NCBI RefSeq assembly: GCF_006345805.1
Contig: NC_043005.1
Location: forward strand, 2,294,001-2,358,000
Reading direction: 5' to 3'
Source: Octopus sinensis
Lineage: Eukaryota
Length of the DNA stretch: 64,000 nt
Shown here: piece by piece, positions 14,909-29,691 of the stretch
Position numbering within the stretch: position 1 is the first letter of the stretch
How the letters are laid out: every line of letters starts with the position of its first letter
Position numbers and translations under genes: made by a program
Notes under the pieces: model-generated
Told to the model about the DNA's origin: nothing
Seen by the model: the letters and a program-made list of their open reading frames with translations, nothing else
Databases searched by the model: none

Positions 14909-17900
14909 CACACACAAAAAATCCAAGCCCCCTGCAACAGTCAAAACCAGCCACTACACTAACCTCCACATTCCTACTCAATGCACAAGGTGTCAGCCCT
15001 TCCATCAATGCACAAAAATGGAAGGTCCAATTCATTGAAGACTGGGTTGGTAACCATTCACACCACATCCCTTTCTTCATTCTCACTGAGACCCACCTTG
15101 ACAACTCCCACTTGGAAGCCGAAGTGAGAGTGAAGAATTTCACAACCATCCGCGCGGATCGTATCGGCAGGAGGAAGGGTGGAACTGCCATTTTCCTGCA
15201 TGATTCATTTACGGCAGATGGAAATAGTATATTCTCCAACGGCTACTGTGAATCAGTCACCGTGCACAACAAAGCCAATGACCTGACAGTAATTGGGCTC
15301 TATAGGCCGCCCCAAACACCCATACTGTGCTTTAAAGAATGCCTCAACAGCATTAAGTGCTTTATTCAACAGTGCCATTCTAGCAACCTACTCATGATGG
15401 GAGACTTCAATCTACCCTGTGTTGACTGGACTACAAACTGTTTGAAACCAAGCACTCCCGCTTCAACCGCTGACAAAGAAGCAGCAGAGTCACTTTTCGA
15501 CTTTACGAATGAGTTTTTCTTGTCCCAACTTGTCCTTGCACCAACAAGACATCAGAACATTTTGGACCTAGTGTTTAGTAACCACACTAACACTATACAT
15601 AACGTTACAGTGGAAAAAACCCTTCTTTCAGACCATGACATGGTTCTCTGTAACATGAAATTCCACCAGCCGAAAGCTAATCCTAGTGACCTTCCTCCAG
15701 CCCACCCATTTGACAACATGGATCTCCATAATGCCAACTGGGATGCAATCAGGAACGAGCTATCACATGTTGACTGGTCCTTTACACATACACACATCTC
15801 CACCAACCATAAAACATCTTGGCAGATCTTTGTAGACACCGTCACAGACATATGTGCAAAACACTCCCCACCAAGACCTGTGAACAAAAAGTGCAGAATC
15901 CCCCAAAACAAAAAAACCATTATCAGAAAAAATAAAAAGAACAAACAAAAAAATTAACAAACTAAAGTACTGCCAACAGCAACACACACATTCGACGGCT
16001 ATCGCACTGCTTGAATCTAAAAAATATAACCTCCAACAATGCATGAAGACCCTCATCAATAACCAAAGATCAGCTGAGGAGAAGTGGGCCATTGAAAAAA
16101 TCAAACTCAACCCCAAAGTGTTCTTTTCATTTGCGAGGAAACGCAGGGTCACTGTCTCCACTGTAGGCCCTCTAATTGACGAAACTGGCACTCTCCAAGA
16201 TAATGCCAAATCCATGGCCGAGATACTGCAGAAACAATACTGCTCTGTTTTCAGAAATCCTGATATGGCCGATCTGGGCTGATCAGTGATGTCAACCCCC
16301 AACACACTATATCGGACATAACGTTTAGTGCCCCTGATGTCTTAGCGGCGATAAACGAAATAAAACACAATTCAGCAGTAGGCCCCGATAGGTTCCCTGC
16401 TTGTGTCCTGAAGGTGTGTCGACACCAACTTGCATCTCCCCTTGCTAATCTGTGGAGAAACTCACTGGATGCTGGCTATATTCCAAAAAACCTTCTGTCC
16501 CAGTCTGTTGTCCCAGTTTTCAAAAAGGGAAACAAGTCCCTTGCAGTGAATTACCGTCCGATCTCACTCACCTCTCATATCATCAAGGTATTTGAGAGGG
16601 TGGTGAGATCTCGAATAACCCAATTTCTGGAAAGCAACAGACGGCTGATCTCCAACCAACATGGGTTCCGTAATGGAAGGGACTGCCTAACGCAGCTCCT
16701 GCATCACTTTGAGGACATTTTGAGAGCTTTGGGAGAGGGCTCCAACACCGATGTCATCTACCTTGATTTCAGTAAGGCCTTCGACAGGGTCGATCACAAG
16801 ATCCTATTGAAAAAACTATCCAACATTGGTGTCTCTGGAAAGTTACTGAAATGGATCAAGTGTTTCCTGACAGACAGATCTCAACATGTTGTAGTTGAAG
16901 GGGTAAAATCAAGCCCAGCCAAAGTCAGTAGTGGAGTTCCGCAAGGCACTGTGCTGGGCCCACTTCTTTTCATCATTTACATTAATGATATTAATGACAT
17001 CATCAAGCACAGCAACATAAAAATCTTTGCAGATGACTCCAAGCTACAGAAGGTCATAAATGAGGCGAGTGACCGGACATGCCTTCAGTCAGATCTACTG
17101 GCTGTTATCCAATGGGCAGAAAAAAACAATATGCTGCTGAACGAGGATAAATTTGAGCTAATCCACTTTGGAAAAGAGGATGCCCTGAAACTCCCATACT
17201 CCCTTCCTTCAGGTGAAACTCTCGCGGCGTCCAACAACATCAGAGACTTGGGAGTAATTGTGGACAACAACATAAGCTGGGCCACTCATATAAACACCAA
17301 AGTTGACATGGCCCGCAGAATGTGTTCCTGGATTCTCAGAACTTTCCAGTCGAGAGATATCCACACCATTATCCTTCTCTTCTCCACTTTTGCCAGACCC
17401 CACCTTGAATACTGTTGTCCACTGTGGTCTCCCCACACAATACAAGGTATCATAAAAGTTGAAGCACCTCAAAGGGCAATCACAAAAAAGATAGATGGCA
17501 TGACAGGCCTCGACTATTGGGGTCGACTAGAAAAGCTAAAACTCTATTCTCTCTAACGTCGTCGTGAGCGCTACATCATCTGCATGATGTGGAAAATATT
17601 CCATCAGCATTGCCCAAATGATGTTGGCATCACCTACAAGGTACATCCAAGGCTTGGGCCCCGTGCCATCCGCCCAAAACAAAAATCGCACTCTGATCTC
17701 ATAACAACAATACGGCACAATTATTTCACCTCAATTGGCTCCGCTCTCTTTAACATTACACCAAAACACATTAAAACAGAAACTGACCCTATAGGGTTCA
17801 AGAAGTCTTTGGACAGATTCCTTCAAGAAATCCCGGATAAACCCCCTACACCCGGATATGTCTCTGTAAACAATAACTCTCTACTTGAGTGGGCCATAGT

Positions 17901-17913
17901 GCCCAAATTCTGA
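14878..17913 (+). pseudogene. LINE ORF2: AP endonuclease plus reverse transcriptase, disrupted
   Basis: APE motifs LNAQG, LTETHL, YRPP, GDFNLP, LDLVF, SDHD. RT motifs YLDFSKAFDRVDH, GVPQGTVLGPLLF, FADD. +1 shift in A-run ~15930, -1 shift ~16277, in-frame TAA at 17554-17556 (LYSL*RRRERY). Confidence 0.95.
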
Positions 17914-18047
17914 CTTGAAAGACTTCACCAGGTGGTGCTATTAAGTTAGACATGGCCTGGGCCAATAATGGCCGAAACCTATCAAAGTATCAAAGTATAT
18001 CAAAGTATATATATATATATATAAATAGGTAGATAGAGATACATACA

Positions 18048-18106
<59 letters not shown>

Positions 18107-19074
18107 GTAGATGCACACATTTCTTTTAGTTATGAAATGATTCCTTACAAAAGTACAAATATTCAAGACAAGAAAAAAAACAATGTCCATTCGTCATCGC
18201 ATGATGAAGGAAATTTGTAGCAGCTGAGAGATGCCATTTGTGATGTGTGCACTATTTCATTGTCGACTGGATGTAGGGCCGAGATTGACAGCAAATACAC
18301 ATACGCATACACACCTACATATGTATGATACGTACACACACACGTAAATATCTACGTGTATGTAGACATGTTTGTGTATGTATATATATATATATTGCAA
18401 GTACGTATTAGTGTGTTTAACATTGTATGTGTGCTCTGCGTAGCTAAAATCTTCTATTTGTCTTTCATTTAAAATGGATACCAATTTATCTTGTTTTTTT
18501 TTCTCTCTTCCACTTCCAATAACAAAACTTCATAATTTGATTTTTTAGGCAAACTCTAACCTCCCAATTGGTCGCCACCGGTGATATGCAGCGACATTTA
18601 AAAGATCCGAATTAAATTACTTGCAACTTTCGGTGGTTGTTGTGCCGAAACTTTTAGGTTTCAACAGAAAGGAATCATTAATTAATTAATGGAGAGTTTC
18701 TTATGCAAGCATTACTAAGCAGAGAGAAAAGTGATGGTTAGATTGGTTATCCATTCTAGACATCTTCCAATATTTTCCTATTTTTTTATATTGCTCTAAA
18801 ATTTCAAATACATTTGTTGTATGTTTGTACGATATTATTTTCTTATGAAATTGTTAAAGCGGAATCATTGAATGCTAGGTGTATAGTAATAGTGAAACTA
18901 GTAAATTGATGTTGTAGAAGGTAATTATATAAGAACACTGTTAAAATAGCTGACCTGCCCACACTGACCATACATGAGGCTGCCCACACTGGCCATACTT
19001 TCAAAGACCCTGCAAAGGACAAAGGTAGTGTGTCTTCTCTCTTCATGAGTTTAGTTTTAAAATCTGTTGTAAGT

Positions 19075-19390
19075 TGTAAAACGTATTGTTGTGCGTATGT
19101 ATATACATATCACGTGATCAACCAGAGTATGGAATGTCGTTATACATCGCTGGTCACCATGAGCTTCGCATGGTTTTAGCCTTTGAATGATGACATCCCG
19201 CTGGCTAGGCAAGCAGGCCGACATTCCACCCGAATCGTAAGAATGTTCCATGGCAGTGTGGTCCATTTACTGCTGAGTGGACTGGAGCAACGTGAAATGA
19301 AGTGTCTTGCTGAAGAACACAATGCATCACTCAGTTCAGGAATCGAAAACACGATCGCTAGATCGGGAGTGCAGCCATCATAATCAGTAG
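19075..19390 (-). mobile_element. tRNA-derived SINE, family 3-like
   Basis: Reverse complement has B-box gttttcgattcctg and gtgttcttcagcaagacacttcatttcacgttgctccagtccactcagc, shared with 25818 and 30460. Confidence 0.7.
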
Positions 19391-19394
19391 AGGT

Positions 19395-19933
19395 CACTCG
19401 CTTTCATACACACACTGACACACACGACATGCATACATGCAAGCATACATACATAAACACATATACATACACATATACATACATGCATACATGCATACAT
19501 ACATACATACATGCATACATGCATAAAGACATACATACATACATACATGCAAACATACATACATACATACATACATCATGCATGCATGCATACATACATA
19601 CATACATATATACATACATACATACATACATGTATGCATACATACATAAACACACATATACATACACATATACATACATGCATACATGCATACATACATA
19701 CATACATACATACATGCATACATACATACATACATACATACATGCATGCAAACATACATACATACATACATACATACATACATACATGCATGCCTACATA
19801 CATACATACATACATACATACATACATACATGCATACATACAAACATACATACATACATGCATACATACATACATACATACATAATACATGCATACATAC
19901 ATACATACATACATACATGCATACATACATACA

Positions 19934-19964
<31 letters not shown>

Positions 19965-20357
19965 CATACATACATACATACATGCATACATACATACATA
20001 CATACATACATACATACATACATACATACATACATACATACATACATACATACATACATACATGCATGCATGCATACATACATGCATGCATGCATGCATA
20101 CATACATACATACATACATACATACATACATGCATACATACATACATACATGCATACATACATACATACATACATACATACATACATACATACATACATA
20201 CATACATACATACATACATGCATACATACATACATACATGCATACATACATACATACATACATACATACATGCATGCATGCATACATACATACATACATA
20301 CATACATGCATACATACATACATGCATACATACATACATACATGCATACATACATAG
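19395..20357. repeat. ~960 bp (TACA)n/(TGCA) satellite tract
   Basis: Directly visible. Confidence 0.98.
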
Positions 20358-20559
20358 CTGTAGTTATAGAAGAAGCCGTAATTACAAACCCCATTTTTTT
20401 TTTTGGTGTTGTGAATTGAATACGGATCTATTTAACTGTAACGTAAAAGCGAAACAAAACCCAGCTGTGGGCTATATAATAATAATGAAATTATTGTGTA
20501 TCGTGTTCAGGTGCACTGCAACTCATCAACGTGTATGTACAGTACATAGAATTATGTGC

Positions 20560-22520
20560 AAAAGTCAGGAAAGTGAACAGTATATGAGTCACGATATACA
20601 TGTGTGCATAAGTATAGAGGTGGGGATATCAGGTATAGTGTTTACGAATTTCAGGAAGCTTGGAGATTTTAAAGGATGCAACATCTCGGCAACTAACAGC
20701 TGATGCAGGTAGTTTGTTCCGTGCAACTCTGAATGTGAAAAAATGATTCCAAAAGTCATGGGAGCTGTGCTGTTTTCTGACTTTGTGGGTATGGCCACGT
20801 GTATTAGACACATGGAGCTCAAAGGTGGTTGTTGGCATGGTGGTAAATAATTTTGTGGATTTAACAAGTCAGTTGCCAGACGTCGGAGCTTCAATGTATC
20901 TATGCCCAGGAAAGCAAGGCATTCGGGGTACGGTAGATGCCTGATGGAGCGTATTTGCTTGGTTGCACGTCTTTGAACAGTTTCCAGGAAGTCAATGTCC
21001 TGAGCAAGATAGGGGTTCCAGAGTGCTGATGCAAATTCCAAGTGTGGCCGCATCATAGCTATATACAGCCTTAAATAGATAGCTGAAAAGCGGCTGACAA
21101 AGGTCTCGCTGAGTGATGCCAAGACACCCTCGGCCTTCTTGACAGTTTTAGAGATGTGCTTTGTCCAGTGCAAATCACTGCTGATAGTAATGCCTGAGTC
21201 ACGATCACAAGAAGAATTCTTGGTATTAGTGTTGTGGAGAGCGTATGTGGACGCTGGGCTTTCCCTCTCAAAATACATGGTGGTACACTTGTCCACAGCC
21301 AGCTTCAGCTGCCAGTCTGTGGTCCATTGTTGCATTGTGTTCAGGTCTAATTGTAGGAAAGACCTATAGTGTTCAGGATCCGTCCTTTTTATCTCAAGGT
21401 ACAGCTTGATGTCATCTGCATATATTTCAGCACTGGCATTCTTTAAGTTGGTCTCTATGTCATAAATGTATGCAACAAACAAAAGGGAACCAAGAACAGA
21501 CCGCTGCGGTACACCAGATGACATCTAATAGGGTGAAGAATGCTGTCCTAGAACTGTGACTACCTCTTTTCTGCTGAGAATGAAGGACTCCAACCAGTTA
21601 AAGAGATCATCTTTCACACCCATTGTAGAAAGTTTTGCCATAAGCCTTTTGTGTGGTACAGAATTAAAAGCTTTAGCAAAGTCAAGGTAAACAACATCCA
21701 CCCATAAGACGCCTTAAGTGACCTACGCATCCTTTGGGATCGCCAGGGATCTGGCTTGTGTGGGGATTTCGAAGAGGACCAACTGGAGAGTGAGGTCTCT
21801 GCTTTGAACGTACATATTTCCAGAACAACTTACTGTCAGGGTTGGTTGCTATGTGCTGCTCAGATTCAAGCACTGCCCTTTTTGTCACCTGCTTGAGATG
21901 GTTGGATGATTTATTGCGCTCTTTCCTATTTATATCTGATTTATGCAGTTTGTATTCCTGTTCAACATTACAACGTTCTTTCCTGGCAAGTCGGACTGCA
22001 GAAGTCTCCCAAATCGCACTTTTGGGATGTTTTTTTGTGCTTACGTGGTACTAATGCTGCACATGCTGTCCATTTTGAGTTCAAGATGTTCTGAAGTATA
22101 GTGATCACATCTCCAGGGTCGTTTGGGTGTTGTAGCTCGGTGCAGTAAGAGTTCCAGTCTGCTTTATTTCAGTCAAAGCGAGCAGTTTGGAGATGGCTGT
22201 GGTTTTTGTTACTGTCGATAAGGGACAGATTGGCAATGACCCTAGCATGATCAGATTCGCCTAAAGGTTTCTCCTTTTCAGGAGTAGTGGTAAACAGTAG
22301 ATCCAAAGTTTTGTCACCTCTTGATGGGGAGTTGACTACTTGGAACTAGTTCAAGTCCAGCACCGATTCTATGAAATCATTTGCATTTTGCGGTCAACGA
22401 AAGGCTTCCCAATCAATATCAGGGTGACTGAAGTTACCTGTAATAAAAACATAAGTGGCTGTTTTCCTGGCGGCAGTTCTGAGGGTATCACAAAGTTGTG
22501 TGTCCTTATGTTAATTTGGA
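20560..22520 (-). pseudogene. Degenerate, internally deleted CR1-clade LINE (APE remnant plus RT and C-terminus)
   Basis: GVPQRSVLGSLLF, YADD, RPHLEFASALWNP, TRGH...FFTFRV...LP...FK C-terminus, YLDFAKAF at ~21690, APE remnants TLDLLF and ESDHA at 22250-22330. A deletion near 21710 joins the pre-RT region to the RT. Confidence 0.88.
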
Positions 22521-22599
22521 GGGGGGGGGGTTAAACAACTCCAAGTAGAAGTGTTGACATGGTCATACGTACATCGCAAAAAATATTTCTTGTTGTGAT

Positions 22600-22972
22600 T
22601 GGTTCAAATCAACGAAAGGAATTGCTGAATGGTATGAATCGATAGAAATCATATTGGGACGATCTTCATCCAGAATTAAACCATTTTACTGCGAAGCAAC
22701 TACGCCAAGAAGCAGCATTTGTAGAACATTGAAAGAAGGTTTGTAACTAACTGTAACTTTATTAAAAAATCGAAAATTAATCTCGTTCCCAACTCTATAA
22801 ACAAAAACGTAAACGTGGCTGACATAAGATCACCACGTGGTTTCGCAGTTAGCGACATTCCAGTAGATTCCATAATGCCAGCCAGCCAAACTACATTACT
22901 GGCTCAAGTAACTGACCACTGTCCCCCCAACTACGATTAGGGTAAATAGCAGGCACAACCACAACGATTATT

Positions 22973-23023
<51 letters not shown>

Positions 23024-25815
23024 AAGATTATATGCCGGTGAAATGTGTCCTTACTGAAATTTTCCGAGAAAAAATAACTTTGGCTTTGAAGGACTCCTTC
23101 GAGGAGAGAGTATTCTCTACCAAAGTAAGTAAAAAACAAACCCACCAGATACGGTATTAAAAGCTGTTAACGAAATTGGTGATGAGTATTCACAACAGAG
23201 TGGTGAACCCACATTCTGGCAGATTAACTCCTGTCTATCTGCTCTATACTGTTTATATTCATGTAGAGCTTTGCATTAAAAAAGTAAACGAATCCAAAAC
23301 AACAAAGAAAACACCATCATGGGTTCTGAAGACGGAGAAAAAGATAAATGGTTTACGGAAGACCATCAGAAATGATGCTTATTGCATGCAAACAAGCAAA
23401 TCACTAAACGTCCGACCGACAGAGAGTAAAGAAGGAGATGGAAATGGTGTCTGGAGACAGCAAAAAGAGAACACTCACTTGCAAACTGATTACCCTCAAG
23501 CAGGAGCTAAAAGCTGTCGGTGAGAAACCCCGACATCAGAAGAGAATAACCGAGAGAAGAACAATGAGCAAAAAATTCAACCACAACCTGGAAGCAGTAT
23601 ACAGCGATATGAGGGGAGGGGCAGTGAACATCACAGAAGCTCCTTCACAAGAAGACATAGACATCTTCTGGAGGAAAATCTAGAGTGAAGAGAAGGAGTT
23701 TAACCAAGATGCTCTGCGTCTGGAAGAAATCCAAAGAAGTTATTACTCCTGTGTTACACCCAAGCATCGATGGTGATACCCTTGCAACTGGGATTCAAAA
23801 CCTTCAAGATGGAAAACCACCTGGAAGAGACTTGATTATTGGATATTGGTTCGAGAAACTAACATTCTACTGACCCTATCTTATCAATCTGTACCAGCAA
23901 GCTCTCAATGGGAACTGTAGCATACCACACTGGTTAGCTCTGGCAGAGACAAAATTGATCCCCAAATGCAAAACCACCCACATGGCAAAAAACTACCGGC
24001 CAGAACTTAATGTATAAGATATATACATGTTTAAACCCCTTCCTTCAGGACCAAGGTGGAACCGATAACGTTATCACAGCAGAACAAGCAGCTGGGAAGA
24101 AGGGAGCTTGGGGATGTGCCGAGCAATTATTAATCAACAAAACTGTGATGTCAGAGGTACGAGAGCACAGAAGGAACCAAGTTTCAATGTGGCAAGACTG
24201 CAAGAAAGCCTTTGACTCTGTTCCCCACTCATGGATGCTAGAAGCCCTTCATCTTGCTAAAGTTCCAGTGATCATAGTCAAAGCCATAGATGACCTGACT
24301 TCATCGTGGGCCACCATCTCGAAATTAAAAACAGAAGTGTGACTGTATTATCACTGACGGAATACAGTATCGCAAAGGCATATTACAAGGAGACAGCCTC
24401 TCTGTAATGTTGTTTATACTTTCTGTAAACCCCTTGTCAATCATGTTAAGGAAGTCTGAAGGATATCTCACTGGTTTACAAGGAAACAAATATACCAAAA
24501 GGACGCACTGCTTCTTTTTGGTTGACTTAAAACTTTATGCAAAGAATATGCATGAGATGAAAAAGAGCCTTGACCTAGTTACAACATTTTCAAAGGATGC
24601 AGGGTTGGAGTTTGGTCGGGATAAATGATGTTATATGGTTGTGAAAAGGAAGAAAACTGTAAACCAGACTAATAACATCTCCATCAACAATTTGACTGTT
24701 TTCTCTGTATCTGATGAGGAATGTTACAGGTATCTGGGGGTGGATGAAAACATATCTTACAATGGCACCTGTAACAAAATACGTGTCACTGATGAGTATT
24801 ACAACAGAATAAAGAAAATTTCGACCTCAGAACTCTCTGCATTCAATAAAACAGTAGCCCACAGTGTGCATACTGTGCCAGTACATTTGGTCTACTTGAT
24901 TGGACACCTGATGAAATCCGAGCCGTTGATGTGAAAACCCGGAAAATACTAACAAGCACGCATAATTTCCACATAAACAGTGACGTAGACCGCCTCTACC
25001 TAAAACGAAAGCAAAGTGGCAGAGGTTTAGCATCGATTCAAAAAGCCTTTGAATGTCATATCATATCCTTTCAGCAACATCTTTTAACCATCAAGTGTTG
25101 AAGTGCATCTCTTGACCGAGTGTGTATACATGAGGTTGATAACATTATAAGACTTGGAAAGCAACTCCTTGAGTAATGCTCTTTGCCTGATAACCTAGAA
25201 TACATACCCAAAGAAGTCACACAACTCTACCACAACGTATCATCAGATAAAAATCTTAGCATACATCAACAGAAGATTATGCATGGATATGTTAGTAGAA
25301 AGCTCCGTGGTGATAGTAACATCGATCATCAAAGCAGTTTATCATGGACGAACAGCCGGATCACTACCTCCCACTTTGTAGGGTATGCGTTTGCAATTCA
25401 GGAACAGGAAATATCAAGCCAATAATTGATGCACAAAAGGGATAGAGATGCGGGATAAGCCGTAAAATGGGACAACCGATGCACGGTATTATCTACCGGT
25501 GAGACGTGATGTTGTAGTTAGGACACCCTATTATGAAATCCGTCGAAAGGATAATTCTGAGGACAAAGAAATAAGAAGCCACAATATGGTAGAAGCCATA
25601 GTCACTCGTAATAAAAAGGAATACTGATGGAATGTATCAGTGAAGGTCTCAGCAAAATGTAAACACAACAGACCTGATATATAATGATTTGGGATAGAGA
25701 GGAGAAACTGTGCAGAGTAGATGTTAACATAAATCTGAAAATCAGTGAAAAAGAGAACAGCCACGCTGAACTGTTGAGAAATCTGTAGTTACTCTATCCA
25801 GATTGCAAATTTTTG
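22600..25815 (+). pseudogene. Near full-length but decayed RLE-type non-LTR retrotransposon (R4/Dong-like)
   Basis: N-terminal WDDLHPELNHFTAKQLRQ, DCKKAFDSVPHSW, ILQGDSLS, DLKLYAK, YRYLG, then the RLE region (RPDI..WDRE). Many stops. (TAG)n expansion at 22975-23020; 3' end interrupted by a SINE. Confidence 0.85.
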
Positions 25816-25817
25816 CA

Positions 25818-25945
25818 AGCTGAGTGAACTGGAGCAACATGAAATAAAGTGTCCTGCTCAAGGACACAACGCGTCGCCGGGAATCGAACTCACGACCTTA
25901 CGATCGTGAACCGAATGCCCTAACCAGTAAGCCACGCACCTTCAC
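25818..25945 (-). mobile_element. SINE family 3 head
   Basis: Reverse complement gcgtggcttactggttagggcattcgg...gagttcgattcccgg shows tRNA-like A and B boxes. Confidence 0.8.
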
Positions 25946-27381
25946 TATACATGCAAACACACATATATATACATATGCATGCATATATACATATATATAT
26001 ATACATATATACACACGCACACATATATTTGTGTGTGTGTGTGTGTGTGTGTGTGTTTAAATGATGAGTGTTACTCTCTTTAGTTATCGTCTCACTGGTT
26101 CTGTAATCGATTCATGGCCCTTTTTTTCCTTTGCCATGCTAGTAGTTGGTTGTAGTTTTCTTTATGTTTTTTTAGTTTTTCGCCATTATTTTCTTCAGAT
26201 ATTCCGGTACATTTCAGAGGAAAACTGATAATCAATCCAAGATTTCGATCTTTCTTACGTCAAGTTAAACACCCACCAGGTTTTGTTGCATACCTGGAAT
26301 AATACAAAATGTAAAAAAAATTCCTTCCTAAATTTGTTTTCATGGAGATTAATTCTTATTATCATTCCACGTAAATTCTTATGAAAGGTTAGAATCTATT
26401 GGTTGTATTCTAAGTGGAATTTAGACACTCGTTACGGCTCATTTCATCTCGTTCCCTCATAGGAATGTTTAGTATCTTTTTGAAAAGTCAGTTTAATGTT
26501 ATAAATATAGTATTTTCATGCAAACTTTTAATGGGTTTTTTTCTTCCTTTCCTTCTTTTCCTTTTTACATCAAACGATTCGTTATTGCTATTGTACACTT
26601 CGACTAACTTGGAATTTTCTACGTTGTTTGAGTTGACGAATCGAAATTTAACAAGTTTAAAGCAGGCTATGTCTCGTCTTGTACAGATGTCATTCTTCTG
26701 TTTTCGCAGATATTACCTCGAGTCCCCTGCAATTGTGTCTGAAGATCTTCGAATCAGTTTTCCTAATGCTTATTCTAGCGCCTGTTTTTCTTTTTTATAC
26801 AAGGAAAAATGGACTCCATCCTATGAAGAGATTGTACAATAATTTTCATATGGATTCACCAATTTGTATCAGAGTGATTCACATGGAATTCCATATATTT
26901 TATTTATTAGCCAATATTTTATCGAACCTTGTAAAATTTTCTAGAATATTTTAGAATATTCCCAGGTTATTTGCTTGTCCTTTCAAATAGAAATATTTTA
27001 TTTTTCATATCTGAATGTGCAATGAACGAAAGAATGCAAAAGAATGAGACTTTTTCAAATAAATATTACTGGCCCATTTCTAACTGACACATATCATTAA
27101 AATAATTTTGTGATTTAAAGTTTTCTTTAGATAGTTTTATGTCAAATGCACAACAAAAAAGAAAAAAAAAATGGCAGAATATGCTCAGAGCAATCCGTAT
27201 TTCAATAACTCTTATTTTCGTCAACAAAATAGCAAAATAAATAATGAAGAAAACAGATTATTTTTCATGGTTTCCGTTGTGGCTCTTGATTTTCTGAAAA
27301 ACCACAAACATACATGTATATACACAAATACATGCTTACATAGATCCAAAACACTATAAAAACACACACAACATATATACG

Positions 27382-27486
<105 letters not shown>

Positions 27487-27931
27487 GTGTGTGTATGTAG
27501 TATGTATATATGTATGTATGTATTTGTGTATGTATGTATGTATTTGTGTATGTATGTATGTATGTATGTATGTTTGTATGTATGTATTTGTGTATGTATG
27601 TATGTATGTATGTATGTATGTATGTATGTGTGTATGTATGTATGTGTGTATGTATGTAACCTGAGATGATACTATAGATTATAGCATCTCTCTTCTATAA
27701 CATGTAAACGTTGCCTTGGGACTACGGAATAAAAAAAATTCTGATGGTAACGCATTGATTTGCCAAGCGGAATCGATACTTCAACAAACGCTGTTAGCAA
27801 AATTGAATTTTTGAATATGAAACTCAAAACTATGCACACGCCACACACACACACTCACACACACATACATACAGACACACCCATATGTTTATATATACAC
27901 ATATATAAAATATTTACATATGCATCATATG

Positions 27932-28019
<88 letters not shown>

Positions 28020-28272
28020 TACCTGTGTGTGTGTATATGTATGTCTGTATGTGTATGTGTATATGTATGTATGTTACTTATGCATACAATGGTTAAGGGG
28101 CAGTGAAATATCCAATCCGATAATGAGATTGTTGCGACCCAATGTACAGGAAACGCAGGCGTTGCAATCATAGAGGCAAAAAAGAAGCTTCAAAAATCCG
28201 ACTCGGCCTCATGATAGCCTGCAGAGTATATGCATACATACATATACATACCGACGTACAGACACACACATA

Positions 28273-28329
<57 letters not shown>

Positions 28330-28504
28330 TATATATATATATATATATATACACATATATATACACACATATAAATACACACTTTATTAAAAAAAACAGT
28401 AAAAATATCACAAAATCTGTTACTCAGAATTTCAGGTTCCCGTGCATCTAACAGTTTCGTATTTATTGCTCTCTCTCTCTTTTTATATATGTATATGTAT
28501 ATAG

Positions 28505-28576
<72 letters not shown>

Positions 28577-28577
<1 letters not shown>

Positions 28578-28935
28578 CCGTTATTTGTTCCAGTCATTTG
28601 ACCGCTGCCACGCTGGAGCACGGCTTCAAAGGATTTTCATCGAACAAATCGATCCCAGGACTTATCTTTCGGTCGCTTATGCTGACCTGCTAAGTTACAG
28701 GGATGTAAACACACCAACACCAGTCGGTTAGCGATGATGGGAGGGAGACAAATGCAGACACACACACATAGATATATACATATATATATATACGGGACAG
28801 GCTACTTTCAGTTTCCGTCTACCAAATCCACTCATAATGCTTGGTCGACCCGAGGTTATAGTAAAAGACACTTGGCCAGTGGGATTGAACCCGGAACCAT
28901 GTTGTTGGGAAGCAAACTTCTTATCACACAGCCAT
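28577..28935 (-). mobile_element. SINE family 1, near full length
   Basis: Reverse complement matches 2740-3120. Confidence 0.8.
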
Positions 28936-29259
28936 ATCAGAGGCTATATAGAAACTGATTTTGTTAGAACTATAACTTAAAAATATTTTATCTTCACAAG
29001 ACTAACGCACACATTTTTACAACAAACACAAGCGTATGTTGTGTGAGTGTGCATATGGATGTATATATATTCTGGCATCCATTATTCAACCTCCTTCTTC
29101 GATGACATCATCAACATCACCGACGCTCTTTGCTCGGCTCCTTTTTAACTTCTTTCCACTCTTAATTGACGTAAATGGATTACAAGCTCAACTTCGCATA
29201 TGGCCATCCTCTCAGGCGGAAGTAAGTGGAGAGCGGAGAATGTTATTATCGTTGAAGAA

Positions 29260-29338
29260 AGCAGTAGTAGTAGTAGTAGTATTAGTAGTAGTGGTGGTGG
29301 TGGTGGTGGTGGTGGTGGTGGTAGTAGTAGTAGTAGTT

Positions 29339-29373
<35 letters not shown>

Positions 29374-29384
29374 GGTGGTGGTAG

Positions 29385-29433
<49 letters not shown>

Positions 29434-29594
29434 GGTGGTGGTGGTGATCGACCCCGGCGGCATTTGAACTCAGAACGTAATGTCGGAAGAAATGACGCTA
29501 AACACTTTTTCCGGCACGGCTACCATTCTGCCAGCTCACCACCGCCTTATTTCTTTGAAATTTTATCATTTTCTCGCCCCCTCCACACTCTCTT

Positions 29595-29691
<97 letters not shown>

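Larger units (their letters stand above)
13397..18005 (+). mobile_element. Full-length CR1/L2-group LINE (element 1): 5' UTR, intact ORF1, ORF2 with three lesions, 3' hairpin tail
   Basis: ORF1 13676-14908, APE+RT ORF2 14878-17913, tail caggtggtgct...ggccaataatggccgaaac followed by (tatcaaag)n. Confidence 0.92.

Noticed and set aside
15763-16305. Antisense ORFs within the LINEs (also 14862-15239, 49729-50034 and others)
   Set aside because: Shadow ORFs opposite real retroelement coding frames.
19429-20703. 424 aa His/Thr/Tyr/Ile-rich ORF
   Set aside because: Open only because the (TACA)n tract lacks stops in that frame.
26414-26954. 142 aa and 91 aa ORFs in unique AT-rich sequence
   Set aside because: No recognisable domain; kept only as weak exon candidates.
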